From Thermoplasmatales archaeon (GTDB lineage: Archaea > Thermoplasmatota > Thermoplasmata > Thermoplasmatales > Thermoplasmataceae): a DNA stretch of 64,000 nt. The DNA lies in assembly GCA_027310185.1 (NCBI GenBank), contig DAIDBH010000010.1, forward strand, positions 19,137-83,136, read 5' to 3'. Below are positions 50,430 to 60,445 of the stretch, piece by piece. Each line of letters begins with the position of its first letter. The stretch's first letter is position 1. A program made the position numbers and the translations under genes. The notes beneath the pieces were generated by a model that worked only from the letters and a program-made list of their open reading frames with translations, did not search any database and had not been told where the DNA came from.

Positions 50430-51362
50430 TTGTCTATTATTATACAGAACATCTCAAGGGAGTTTGGAAAGAAGAAGATCCTGAAGGATGTATCCATCGA
50501 GATATCTCCCGGAGAGATAGTTGGTTTTGCCGGACTGAATGGTGCCGGCAAGACGACAACAATGAAGATTGCCTGTGGTGTATTGCATCCGTCCGCAGGT
50601 GATGTACTCATCAATGATATCTCAATAATCAAGAGAAAGCTGGATATTGCTTCAGAGGTATCATGGATACCTGAATTCCCCATGCTTGATGCCATGGAAA
50701 AACCCAGGGATATTTTCCATGAGATCGGAAATTATCTTTCATACAGCAGGAAGGAGATAAGGGAACGTTTCGAGGAATCCATGGCAAAGGTATCAATGAC
50801 TGAAAACATGAACAAGAGAATAGGAAGCATGTCCAATGGCATGAAGAAGAGAATACACATTGCCATTGGCCTGTTTCAGGATTCAGGAAACTATCTCATG
50901 GATGAGACATTCAACGGGCTTGATCCAGATGGCACTGAATTTTTAAGAAACCATATACTTGATCTGAAGAAGCAGGGGAAATCCATACTCCTATCAACAC
51001 ACATACTGAGTGAGATAAAGGGTATATGTGACAGGATCGTGATAATAAAGGATGGAAAGATTGTAAGGGATGCAAAGGTATCATCCCTTGATCTTGAGGG
51101 TGTGACAAGGATAAAGATACAGTCGCATGATCATGATATAACAAAGAAATTAGAAAAGGAACTGGGTGAATATGGTGAGGTGAGTATAGAACCATTGCCT
51201 GTTGAGTCACTGTATGAGATAGTGATAAGGAAACCTACCCTTGGATCCGGGAAATCGTACAGGATCGCTGAAAGGCTTGACGCCATGGGCATGAATGTAA
51301 TATCTGTGAAGGAGGAGAGTGAGGACATTGAGGAATTCTTCAGGAAAGCGATCAGGGAATAA
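50430..51362 (+). CDS. ABC exporter ATP-binding protein
   Basis: GLNGAGKTT, MSNGM, LMDETFNGLD, STH. Confidence 0.93.
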   Translation: MSIIIQNISREFGKKKILKDVSIEISPGEIVGFAGLNGAGKTTTMKIACGVLHPSAGDVLINDISIIKRKLDIASEVSWIPEFPMLDAMEKPRDIFHEIGNYLSYSRKEIRERFEESMAKVSMTENMNKRIGSMSNGMKKRIHIAIGLFQDSGNYLMDETFNGLDPDGTEFLRNHILDLKKQGKSILLSTHILSEIKGICDRIVIIKDGKIVRDAKVSSLDLEGVTRIKIQSHDHDITKKLEKELGEYGEVSIEPLPVESLYEIVIRKPTLGSGKSYRIAERLDAMGMNVISVKEESEDIEEFFRKAIRE

Positions 51363-52803
51363 AACATATAAGATAATAAGGAACAGCTTAACAAAGAAAT
51401 CCTTTGCACTCATAGTTGTTCTCTTCATCATAACCGGTTCACTGCTTGCGTTTGCAGACTCCCCCATAGAAAACAACAGCATTGGTGCGAATCCGCAGCT
51501 TGAATGTACAGAGGTATACCATAACGGCACCTATTATGTAACTGTACAGTACTACCATGCAACATGTGGAAGGCCATATTCGGGTCTTAATGTGAAGGTT
51601 TCCTTTTCACCAGCTAAAGCGGCTAATGGTTATATCAGCGGAAATAAAACGCATAACATAAACATGACACTGAACCAGTCAGGCATGGGACAGGTATCAT
51701 TCAGATCAGACAGGATGTGGAACCTGTTCGTATCTTATAGTAATAAAGGAGTTACCGTATTCCCAAAGAACTCCTCAAACTACAGTTACATGTTCTATAC
51801 AGCAGTATATGACAGGGGACTTGCATATAAGGGATACCTTGAACTCATATATGCATCAAGCAACTTCACAAAGTCTCCCATGAGGCAGTACAGGCTACTT
51901 GAATCAGATGGTGCCATTGTCAACCTGGGTTCCATGGGTGGTTTCTACCATAAGATCATAAAACTGTCCTATCCACCAACAAGCAAGGACATTGCAGGAA
52001 TCCTGCAGGATAAGGTGAATGGGACATGGACATCTGATAATCTGGTAACAAACGAGAATTATCTCACATATGCAGTTGTGAAACAGAATGAAGAATCGTC
52101 AGGCACAGATTATAGGGTGCTTCTATATTCCGTTCCTTCAGTTTATGTACTCACATCTGGAATGTTCTATGAATACCTGAATTCACTTTCCATATTCTTC
52201 CTTCTCTTTGTGATCATACTATCCATATTCACATTTGGCATTCCAGTATCATCTGGCCAGGCAGAGTTCTATCTATCATTGCCATACAATAAGAGGCAGT
52301 ACTTCACAGGCAAATACCTCACTGCGATCATGGTGCTGCTTGCAACAACACTGATCACATTGTTTGTATCCTATGAATCTGTGGAGTTTCTTGATGGAAC
52401 ATTTCCATCACTATACAACATTATGCGTTTGTTCACTCTCTTCACACTGCTTGGCATAATGGGCATATCACTCACATTCATGTTCGCATCAAGAACAAGG
52501 AGTCTCACCAAGATTATTGCCTATCCATTAGTTTCCATAATGTTCCTGTATTATATCTTTGGAGGGTTGATAACATCAACGTCTGAAATAATGGGAATTA
52601 CTGATGGATCCACAGTCAAAGCGATATCCCTAGTTGATCCATTCAGAGCTTACAGACTTTGGGTAAGCTCGAGATTTCACGCCATAGGACCTGAGCTCAT
52701 ATGTAAATTCTCCATTTCTTTCACCGAAGCCCTGTATTTTATACTTCCATGGGCTATTATCCCGCTAATTATAGGTGTGATAATGTGGCACAGGAAGCTT
52801 TGA
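51319..52803 (+). CDS. ABC-2 permease with large extracellular domain
   Basis: N-terminal TM, Asn/Ser/Thr/Tyr-rich loop, SGQAEFYLSLPYNKRQYFTGK signature, 5 C-terminal TMs; start uncertain. Confidence 0.82.
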   Translation: MRTLRNSSGKRSGNKTYKIIRNSLTKKSFALIVVLFIITGSLLAFADSPIENNSIGANPQLECTEVYHNGTYYVTVQYYHATCGRPYSGLNVKVSFSPAKAANGYISGNKTHNINMTLNQSGMGQVSFRSDRMWNLFVSYSNKGVTVFPKNSSNYSYMFYTAVYDRGLAYKGYLELIYASSNFTKSPMRQYRLLESDGAIVNLGSMGGFYHKIIKLSYPPTSKDIAGILQDKVNGTWTSDNLVTNENYLTYAVVKQNEESSGTDYRVLLYSVPSVYVLTSGMFYEYLNSLSIFFLLFVIILSIFTFGIPVSSGQAEFYLSLPYNKRQYFTGKYLTAIMVLLATTLITLFVSYESVEFLDGTFPSLYNIMRLFTLFTLLGIMGISLTFMFASRTRSLTKIIAYPLVSIMFLYYIFGGLITSTSEIMGITDGSTVKAISLVDPFRAYRLWVSSRFHAIGPELICKFSISFTEALYFILPWAIIPLIIGVIMWHRKL

Positions 52804-52892
52804 ACTATATCTAGAGAAACTGGATTTTCATCTATTTTCTTCCATAGCTTCTATATACTCAATATTTTTAATATTAATAAGTATGTAGAGCT

Positions 52893-53981
52893 ATGTCTCT
52901 AAAGGGAGTTTTAATGGCCGGTGGAAGGGGAACAAGGTTGAGGCCAATAACCTATGCCATACCGAAACCGCTGGTACCCATAGCGGGTGTACCGTGTATG
53001 GAATATCCGATCAGATCATTTGCACAGGCAGGTATTGAAGATATCATAGTTACTACAGGATATAAATTTGAAGCGTTGATCTCAGGACTGATAAAAACAA
53101 AGCACCAGAAGCAGAGTATACTTTATTCTGTTGAGAGAGAACCGGCAGGAACCGCAGGCTCCGTAAAAATGGTTGAGGGGTTTCTGAATGATACCTTTGT
53201 TGTTGCAAGTGGGGATGTTCTTGCAGATTTCGATATAGATGAAGCAGTGAGGTCCCATAGGGAGAGTGGAAAGATTGCAACAATAGTTCTGACAGAAGTT
53301 GAGGACCCAACCCAGTTTGGGATCGTCGAGGATGAAAATAACATCGTCAAGAGGTTCCTGGAGAAACCAACTGCTGCTGAAGTTTTCACAAATATGGTGA
53401 ATGCAGGAATATACGTTCTGGAACCTGAGATATTCAATCATATACCGGAGGGACAGACATATGACTTTGCCAAGGAGCTCTTCCCTAAACTGCTCAGAGA
53501 GGGAATTGAGATAAACACTTATCATGGCAAGGGAGCATGGCTTGATACTGGAAGACCAAGGGAACTGATCCTTGCAAACCAGCTCATGTCTGAAAAATAT
53601 GGGAATGAAATAAACGAGGTCAATTTTAAAGGGAAGATGATCATAAGGGAAAGACCTGCAGGATCAGATTTTAAAGTTACAGGAAGTTGCTATATAGGAG
53701 AAGGCGTTAAAATTGGGAAGAATGCCGTAATAGAGAATTCAACAGTTTATGACAACGCAGTAATAGCAGAAAACTGCACAGTCAAAGATTCAATTATCTT
53801 TGAAAATTGCAGTATAGGAAAAAAATCTACCGTTTCAAAATCTGTAATCATGAAGGGGACATCCATAGGAAAGGACTGTGAGGTAATAGAGAGCGCGCTT
53901 TCATCAAATATAAATATACAGGATGGGTCAAGAATTTATAATGTGTCTCTCTCTTCAGAAAGTAACAATAGCCTGGATTAG
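52893..53981 (+). CDS. Sugar-1-phosphate nucleotidylyltransferase (mannose-1-P guanylyltransferase-like)
   Basis: MAGGRGTRLRPIT...PKPL, EKP, WLDTG, left-handed beta-helix repeats. Confidence 0.92.
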   Translation: MSLKGVLMAGGRGTRLRPITYAIPKPLVPIAGVPCMEYPIRSFAQAGIEDIIVTTGYKFEALISGLIKTKHQKQSILYSVEREPAGTAGSVKMVEGFLNDTFVVASGDVLADFDIDEAVRSHRESGKIATIVLTEVEDPTQFGIVEDENNIVKRFLEKPTAAEVFTNMVNAGIYVLEPEIFNHIPEGQTYDFAKELFPKLLREGIEINTYHGKGAWLDTGRPRELILANQLMSEKYGNEINEVNFKGKMIIRERPAGSDFKVTGSCYIGEGVKIGKNAVIENSTVYDNAVIAENCTVKDSIIFENCSIGKKSTVSKSVIMKGTSIGKDCEVIESALSSNINIQDGSRIYNVSLSSESNNSLD

Positions 53982-54892
53982 AGGAATCCAGCTTTCTGGA
54001 GGATAAGTAGATCCTCTGTTGTGAGCTGTTCCCCATTCTTGAATTTATCAAAAAGAACATTTGCCTTATTCTGCAGTTCCCCTTCCTTCTCCTTCTTTCT
54101 TGTGGCCCTGGTTTTTGCTGCCATTCCACCAAGTATTTTTTCTAAGTCCCTGAGTTCGGTCTTTGCCTTTATGAATCCTTCATGTTCTTTTTCTGATTCT
54201 TTATTGAATTTTATAAACATTTCGTGAAATTCATCCGCTTTCTTTCTTGTTTCATCAAGTTCCTGGAGGCCCTTACTTATTTCATCTCCCAGTGCATTGA
54301 TCTGTTTAGATATCTCATCAATTTCCTTCTTGAACTGATCTACAACCTTTCTCTTCTCATTTATCTTTCCTGATAAATCCTTGACACTATCGTTTTCCTT
54401 CAGCTCCTTTTCAACAGCTTCCCGTGTTTTCCTGATATCGTTGCTGAGCTTCCTGATTTCGAGAACTATCCTGTTTTCTTCCTCTTTCTTGAGTTGGGTT
54501 GTCTGCTGCGTCTTCTCGAGTCTTTGAAGTTCCTTTTCCTTTCTTCTTAATTCAGAAGGATCAGCACCCTGTGATTTAAATGAATCACGGTATTTTCTTA
54601 ACTCCCTTCTCAATTCAGAAAGTTCCTTAAAATGATCTTCTTTCTCATTTCTCATTTTCTGAATTTTTTCGATAAGCTGTCCCTTATCGTCAATCTTTTT
54701 CATAACAATTTCTCGCATAGATTTAGATTTCTGGTTAAGTTTATCCCTCTCTTCAGCGTAATAATGGGCTTCTTGCGAAAGCTCATCTCGCCTCTTGATG
54801 TGGTCTTCGACCAGATTTCTTAAAATCTCTCTTTTCTGTTCTAGTTCAGGAAGGACGTCACTCATAATGATCAGTCTTTGTAGTGATATCAC
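53978..54892 (-). CDS. Conserved archaeal coiled-coil protein (COG1340-like)
   Basis: Almost entirely heptad E/K/R-rich; C-terminal KFKNGEQLTTEDLLILQK; probable start MSDVL (54865). Confidence 0.85.
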   Translation of the reverse strand: MISLQRLIIMSDVLPELEQKREILRNLVEDHIKRRDELSQEAHYYAEERDKLNQKSKSMREIVMKKIDDKGQLIEKIQKMRNEKEDHFKELSELRRELRKYRDSFKSQGADPSELRRKEKELQRLEKTQQTTQLKKEEENRIVLEIRKLSNDIRKTREAVEKELKENDSVKDLSGKINEKRKVVDQFKKEIDEISKQINALGDEISKGLQELDETRKKADEFHEMFIKFNKESEKEHEGFIKAKTELRDLEKILGGMAAKTRATRKKEKEGELQNKANVLFDKFKNGEQLTTEDLLILQKAGFL

Positions 54893-55027
54893 CTGTATTT
54901 TTGATTACAATATATAACTTTCGTAGTTAATTTGCATAAATACTCACGCACATCTTATTTCAAAGTTCAAAACTGTTAGCTTAAAGACATCACCGAATAA
55001 TTAAGTGTCAATGACATCTACAGGGGA

Positions 55028-55654
55028 TCAGTTTTCACCTTCCAGATCTAATATGTATTTTAATGGATCAGGGTTCTCATAAATACTTCTCCCTATTATT
55101 ACGTAATCTGACCCAGACCTTACTGCCATTTTATATCCTCCACCCTGCGCACCAACTCCAGGTGAAAAAATCTTTAAGAGTCCTTTCATTCCTGATATTT
55201 TTCCAAGAAGTTCATAATCATTTCCAGGGGCCACGATGCCGTAACATCCAAGAGATCTGGCATCATTCACGAGTTTCTCAAAGTATGGGTTAAGGTATAA
55301 ATTCGATCCTGGATTGCTCATTGATGCCACTCCAATTATTTTTACATCACCTGAATTCTCAACAAGAGACTTCATGGAATCAGGTCCAGGAAACAGGTGC
55401 CCAATCACTGCCCAGGGATTTTCCTTTGAAATCTGTTCAATAATAAGCCTGTTGGTATTGGGTATATCAGCAATTTTCAGATCACAAATCACCTTTGAGA
55501 ACATAGACAGTTTACCAATAATTGACTTTCCAAGGCTTAATATTGTTGGCCAGTTAATCTTAATGGCAAATACATTGTTGCTGATTTGCTCAGCAATGGA
55601 CATCAATTTTTTCTCATCTGTAAGATCAAGGGATGCAACAATTCTATGATTCAT
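55028..55654 (-). CDS. pyrF: Orotidine 5'-phosphate decarboxylase
   Basis: SLD, DLKIADIPNT, SPGVGAQGG, IIGRSI. Confidence 0.95.
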   Translation of the reverse strand: MNHRIVASLDLTDEKKLMSIAEQISNNVFAIKINWPTILSLGKSIIGKLSMFSKVICDLKIADIPNTNRLIIEQISKENPWAVIGHLFPGPDSMKSLVENSGDVKIIGVASMSNPGSNLYLNPYFEKLVNDARSLGCYGIVAPGNDYELLGKISGMKGLLKIFSPGVGAQGGGYKMAVRSGSDYVIIGRSIYENPDPLKYILDLEGEN

Positions 55655-55714
55655 TATGGGGCTTAATTTGAAATAATATAAAAAAATTGGTTAAATTTGG
55701 ATTTTTATCCCCAC

Positions 55715-56779
55715 TCATGCTATTCTATTGTCGTTATCGTCATCTCCAAAGAGATGAGGATCGATATCATCTCCATTACCAATAATGAAGTTGGAATCTA
55801 CACCTGTTATGATGAGGAAAATCTTTACTGCATCTCCCATCTCTTCCTTTATGTCAGCCCCAACTATAAATTCACAATCCTCATTCATCATTCCCAGCAT
55901 TTTCTTTGATATATCATCAAATTCATCAATGGTAAAGTTTCCTCCAATAACTCTCATCAGGCATCCCTTCGCCTTTGATATATCCACGTCTATCAGCTGG
56001 TTTGTGAGAGCATCAGTAAGGGCAAAATCCATTCTCTTCTCCCCGCCAGAAGATTCCCCAACTCCAACATAAGCAGCCCTGGAGTGGGACAGTACCCTCA
56101 TCAGATCAGAGAATTCAACATTTATCAGACTTGTATCTGTAATCGTGTTGACTATCCCTGAAATCTGATCTACTATGAACTTATCAGCCATAGCATAGCT
56201 TTCCTCTTCATTTTTCTTGTTATTTATCTGCTTGAGCCTCTCGTTTGAAATAACTATCACAGTGTGGGATACTTTGGTGAGGCTTTCCAGGCCTATCTTT
56301 GCATTCTGTTTTCTTATTTCACCCTCGCTTCTTGTTGGAAGGGTCACAAAACAGATCACCTGAGCACCGTTAGCTTTTGCCGCCTGGGCTACTATGGGTG
56401 CGCTTCCAGTACCAGTACCTCCACCCATGCCTGCAATGATGAAGACAAGATCTGCATTTGCAGTAGCCTTCATGATTGAATCTCTGCTTTCTATAGCTGC
56501 ATCTCTCCCCACATTTGGATCCGCTTTTGCGCCGTGTCCATTTGTCAATCTTTCACCAATGAGCATAAGCACGTCAGAATCAGTCTTGTCCTTTAGGTGT
56601 GCAGCATCAGTATTAAGTGCTATTAGTCTTGCACCCGATAGTCCGAATTTCTTAAGGTTTGTAACAGAATTACATCCGGCACCACCGCAACCTATTACCT
56701 TAATCCTTACTCTCGCTGTCTTAAGGATTTTTTCCATCTCACTGTCATATTCCATCATTGATAGACAATTGACAGACAA
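55715..56779 (-). CDS. ftsZ: Cell division protein FtsZ
   Basis: IGCGGAGCN, NTD, GMGGGTGTG, INVEFSD (T7 loop), IITG; probable start at MMEYD (~56758). Confidence 0.92.
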   Translation of the reverse strand: MSVNCLSMMEYDSEMEKILKTARVRIKVIGCGGAGCNSVTNLKKFGLSGARLIALNTDAAHLKDKTDSDVLMLIGERLTNGHGAKADPNVGRDAAIESRDSIMKATANADLVFIIAGMGGGTGTGSAPIVAQAAKANGAQVICFVTLPTRSEGEIRKQNAKIGLESLTKVSHTVIVISNERLKQINNKKNEEESYAMADKFIVDQISGIVNTITDTSLINVEFSDLMRVLSHSRAAYVGVGESSGGEKRMDFALTDALTNQLIDVDISKAKGCLMRVIGGNFTIDEFDDISKKMLGMMNEDCEFIVGADIKEEMGDAVKIFLIITGVDSNFIIGNGDDIDPHLFGDDDNDNRIA

Positions 56780-56916
56780 ATATATAAACTTTTTTTAAAT
56801 TTGAAACACAAATATCAGACATGTATATGACATCAGATAGAAATCACCGGTGGCACCGATAATAGAGCTCCAGAATTTCTGGAATAACATCATTTCAACT
56901 AGGCCAATGTTTATGA

Positions 56917-57795
56917 GTGCAATATAATTGCGTCCATATGAAATTCTGTATGCTTAAAAATCCGTTAGGGTTGTTTCCTTCCATATGTTTGAATGGAAAG
57001 TTTCTTCAGTTCGGCGATATAGAGAAAATGACCGGCACAAAGCTGCCAGACACACTTGATGATCTCATAAGAAATAATGCGATTGTGGATTATTTGAAGC
57101 GCCTTGATTATCGTGGAAGAAAATCTTTTAATTTCATGGAGTTAGGAAAAAATGAGATAGAATATGCCATACCTATTTCAAATCCTGGAAAGATATGGTC
57201 AATAGGACTGAACTACATTGAACATGCAGAAGATTTAAAAGTGAAGCAACCGGCCATGCCCGCCAGTTTCATGAAACCAAGAACATCAATGATAACACAG
57301 GGGAAAAATATTGTAGTTCCAGAAGGATGGGGTAGAGTTACTGCAGAGGCAGAACTGGGTATAATAATTGGAAGGAAGGGAAAAAATATCAGGGAAGAGG
57401 ATGCAATGGCCCATGTTTTTGGCATAGCACCCATCATAGATATGACTGCTCTTGATGTACTGGAGCAAAACCCACGTTTCCTAACAATGTCCAAAAGCTT
57501 TGATACATTTTTCAGCATAGGCCCGGAGATTGCAACGCTGGAAGATTTTCCTGATCTTCAGTCACTGAAAATAAGTACGTTCAGAAATGGAAAGACTGAG
57601 CATTCAAACCTGGTGAAAAATATGCTCTTCTCACCTCAAAAACTTATTTCTTTCCATTCACGGATATTCACATTAGAACCTGGAGACATAATATCCACAG
57701 GAACTCCTGGTGCAGTGGAAATACAGAGAGGAGACAATGTGAGATGCGTTATTGAAGGTAAGGATAGTCTTTCACTGGAGAATAACGTAACATAA
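56917..57795 (+). CDS. Fumarylacetoacetate hydrolase family protein
   Basis: IGLNY..H, FMKP, EAEL, KSFDTF, GDIISTGTP. Confidence 0.92.
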   Translation: MQYNCVHMKFCMLKNPLGLFPSICLNGKFLQFGDIEKMTGTKLPDTLDDLIRNNAIVDYLKRLDYRGRKSFNFMELGKNEIEYAIPISNPGKIWSIGLNYIEHAEDLKVKQPAMPASFMKPRTSMITQGKNIVVPEGWGRVTAEAELGIIIGRKGKNIREEDAMAHVFGIAPIIDMTALDVLEQNPRFLTMSKSFDTFFSIGPEIATLEDFPDLQSLKISTFRNGKTEHSNLVKNMLFSPQKLISFHSRIFTLEPGDIISTGTPGAVEIQRGDNVRCVIEGKDSLSLENNVT

Positions 57796-57870
57796 GATTC
57801 TTTTCAAACTATGGGTAAATTGCATCACGTAATTCAGTTAATTCTAAATATACCTAAATTTTATCCATTT

Positions 57871-58374
57871 ATGCTTAAGGAACTTCTTATGGAAGAAAAT
57901 GCAGTAAAGAAAGGTAACTTCACCCTTACATCAGGTAAGCAGTCTGAATATTACGTTGATATAAAGGATGCATGCACGAAACCCCACATCATGAAGGAAA
58001 TTGTACATGAGATAATAAAGAAGCTTAACGCAAAGATAGTTGCAGGCGTGGAGCTTGGTGCAGTGCCCATAGTTATAGGCGTATCATATCAGATGAACAT
58101 ACCCTATCTCATCATAAGGAAGGAATCAAAGCATGGCATGAAGAAATTGATCATAGGAAACCCTGAAAAAGGATCAGAGATAAATATAATTGAGGATGTT
58201 GTAACAACAGGAAATTCTGTGCTTAAGGCAGTTAACCTCCTGAGAGAAAATGGATGCATTGTAAAGAGGGCAATCACGGTGGTAGATAGGGAGGAAGGAG
58301 GATATGAACTCCTGAAAGATAATGGTGTTGAACTGATATCTCTTGTAAAGTTAAAGGAAATATTCGAAAAATAA
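57871..58374 (+). CDS. pyrE: Orotate phosphoribosyltransferase
   Basis: GNFTLTSGK.S.YY.D, RKE.KHG, IEDVVTTG. Start placed at MLKEL (57871) rather than 57811. Confidence 0.94.
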   Translation: MLKELLMEENAVKKGNFTLTSGKQSEYYVDIKDACTKPHIMKEIVHEIIKKLNAKIVAGVELGAVPIVIGVSYQMNIPYLIIRKESKHGMKKLIIGNPEKGSEINIIEDVVTTGNSVLKAVNLLRENGCIVKRAITVVDREEGGYELLKDNGVELISLVKLKEIFEK

Positions 58375-58378
58375 AGCA

Positions 58379-59032
58379 TCAGGAAAGTGTATCATCTATT
58401 GCCGTAAGTTCTATGGAGGTTGTATCGTTACCAACAATTATCCCATTTTTATTTGCCACAATGCTTGAACCAACCATTGGACTTCCAAAGTTTGCGGTTC
58501 CAAGCCTTACAGATACCTTGAAGAAATCTTTCAGAATTTCAATCTCATCATCCGTTGTTTCCGGGTTAACTATCATCCCCTTGCTTGTGAGAACAGAACT
58601 GGAACCAACAGTTGGAAAACCGCCAATAGTTCCCTGAATAGTTTCTACACCTAGAGCATCTTCAATTGCCATAACGCTTTTTTTGGAAAAGTCTTCATGA
58701 ACCATTGCTCCATGATCATTAGCCACTATGTCATTTCCCACAGCGTTTATCATGTCTTTCAGGAAAAGCACATTCCTCTGTCCAGTGTCAAAATCCAGGT
58801 CCTTATTTTTATACATTCCACTTACGATTATACCATTGGAATTCATAACTGAAAATATACCATACATCCCAGAATCATCCATGCGACTCTTTTTGATATC
58901 AACCTGAAGACATTCTCTTATGGCCTCTATTTCATTCTCTTCGAGTGATGATGGTACCAAAGCAATATCATCCCATGTTCGGAGATATAGCCCAATATAA
59001 TTGTTCTCAAAGAGAGAAAGTTTCTTAATCAT
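58379..59032 (-). CDS. eif6: Translation initiation factor 6 (aIF6)
   Basis: Pentein repeats IGLY, NSNG, GN...ND.GA, GTANFG, DTT..EL; ribosomal operon context. Confidence 0.92.
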   Translation of the reverse strand: MIKKLSLFENNYIGLYLRTWDDIALVPSSLEENEIEAIRECLQVDIKKSRMDDSGMYGIFSVMNSNGIIVSGMYKNKDLDFDTGQRNVLFLKDMINAVGNDIVANDHGAMVHEDFSKKSVMAIEDALGVETIQGTIGGFPTVGSSSVLTSKGMIVNPETTDDEIEILKDFFKVSVRLGTANFGSPMVGSSIVANKNGIIVGNDTTSIELTAIDDTLS

Positions 59033-59302
59033 TTATGGCATCAAAACTTCGATTTCTTCATTCTGTAGTTTTAGAACCTTTACCTGGATACTTGTTGGAA
59101 TCTTGAATCTTCCTCTCTTCCAGATCTCTTCATTGATTTTGCTGTCAATCCAGACGTTTTCAATATCTGATTTAGTAAATTTTGCAACATTTTCCCTTAT
59201 TAGCTTTATAGCTGTATCAGCCCTTCTTCTCTTGGAGCTGGCAAAGGCTTTTCTCAATGGGATATTCATAAGCATTTCATCATTAACACTATCTTCTGCC
59301 AT
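59033..59302 (-). CDS. rpl31e: 50S ribosomal protein eL31
   Basis: IPLR...RRA..AIKLIR...INEEIWKRG...P..IQVK. Confidence 0.93.
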   Translation of the reverse strand: MAEDSVNDEMLMNIPLRKAFASSKRRRADTAIKLIRENVAKFTKSDIENVWIDSKINEEIWKRGRFKIPTSIQVKVLKLQNEEIEVLMP

Positions 59303-59311
59303 TTCATTCCC

Positions 59312-59467
59312 TCAAAGTTTCAGGTTATTCCTTCTCCAGTGTCTCCTGTATGGATTCTGGGTTACCTTTCTATCAGTTCTCATTATCACCCAACCAGGAA
59401 CTCTTCTATTCTGGTTGACCTTTCTCATTAATCTTATTTTTCTGCCTGTTTCTTTATTCCTGCTCAT
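59312..59467 (-). CDS. rpl39e: 50S ribosomal protein eL39 (missing from ORF track)
   Basis: Hand translation [51 protein letters not shown]. Confidence 0.96.
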   Translation of the reverse strand: MSRNKETGRKIRLMRKVNQNRRVPGWVIMRTDRKVTQNPYRRHWRRNNLKL

Positions 59468-59469
59468 CT

Positions 59470-59811
59470 TCATCTCCTCTCTATATGCGTTTCTCTTTTT
59501 GTTTCTGTCATCCGTCCAAGTATCTGCTTTATCTCCTCATCGGAAATTACTCTGTTGATTCTTCCCATGCCATACAACTGAATAAGCTGATTTTCTACAT
59601 TTTCAGCAACATCTGGTCTTACGAGCCTGACATTCGCAAGCCTTTCTCTGGCCGCAATATCAAGAATCTGCCTCAATATTTGCTGTTTTCTCGCTTTCTC
59701 TGCTTCCTGAGCGTTTTTCTGTTCTTCTTCTGCCTGTTCCTGACCCTGAGCCCTCTGCATCTCTTCCATTCTTTTTCTTCTTAATTCTTCAAGCTCCCTG
59801 TCCGAATCCAT
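59470..59811 (-). CDS. PDCD5/TFAR19-like DNA-binding protein
   Basis: [10 protein letters not shown]...ILRQIL...ARERL.NVRLVRP..A..VE.QLIQL. Confidence 0.92.
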   Translation of the reverse strand: MDSDRELEELRRKRMEEMQRAQGQEQAEEEQKNAQEAEKARKQQILRQILDIAARERLANVRLVRPDVAENVENQLIQLYGMGRINRVISDEEIKQILGRMTETKRETHIERR

Positions 59812-59823
59812 GCTAACGCGCCC

Positions 59824-60276
59824 CTAAAGATATTTCTTTAATTCTACCTGTTTTTCAGAAAGTGATTCCATTACCTGCTTTGATGCTTTCTGAAGCATTG
59901 CCTCTCCACCTGGGGATACCGATCTTCCCGTTTCTTTCTTGACCAGTAAGCCAAGGGTTTGAAGTTCGTTGAGAATGTGTCTCACTATGCTTCTACTGCC
60001 AGATGCAGGGTGATAAGGCTTGGATCCACCATCCTTTTTTCCACCATATTCTTCGCTAAGTCTCTGTATACCTATATTTCCTCTAACATACACTTTTCTC
60101 AGTGTTGATGCCAGTCTCCTGTAATACCAGTCTTCCTGTACCCAGCTCTTCTCTCTGTGAACACCTGATTTTAGGAATTCTGCCCATTCTGGAACCTTAA
60201 TCTTCTCATTCTTGCTGAATTCCTCAGTAAGCTTTTCAATCAAAAGGTCAGCAGGAACTTCTTTAACATTTACCAT
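59824..60276 (-). CDS. rps19e: 30S ribosomal protein eS19
   Basis: PEWA.F.KSG.HRE, DWYY.R.AS.LRK.Y, YGG.K. Confidence 0.95.
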   Translation of the reverse strand: MVNVKEVPADLLIEKLTEEFSKNEKIKVPEWAEFLKSGVHREKSWVQEDWYYRRLASTLRKVYVRGNIGIQRLSEEYGGKKDGGSKPYHPASGSRSIVRHILNELQTLGLLVKKETGRSVSPGGEAMLQKASKQVMESLSEKQVELKKYL

Positions 60277-60445
60277 TAACTATCACTCAGTCAATGTGCA
60301 TATAAAAACCATTAATAACTTTTTCTTAAGAACCATACATGATTTCTAATACCTGATGAGAAGTAGTGGAAAGTTTTTAGATCATTTATAAAATTGGAGT
60401 GTTATCACACTCTTACCGGTAAAAATTTTAGTTTGGGGTGCTGAA

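Noticed and set aside
56869-56883. Palindrome TCCAGAATTTCTGGA between ftsZ and the FAH gene
   Set aside because: Single short palindrome with no second copy noticed and no G/C string; not enough to call an operator or ORB.
59001-59784. Plus-strand ORFs of 185 aa and 99 aa
   Set aside because: Antisense to rpl31e, rpl39e and the PDCD5-like gene.
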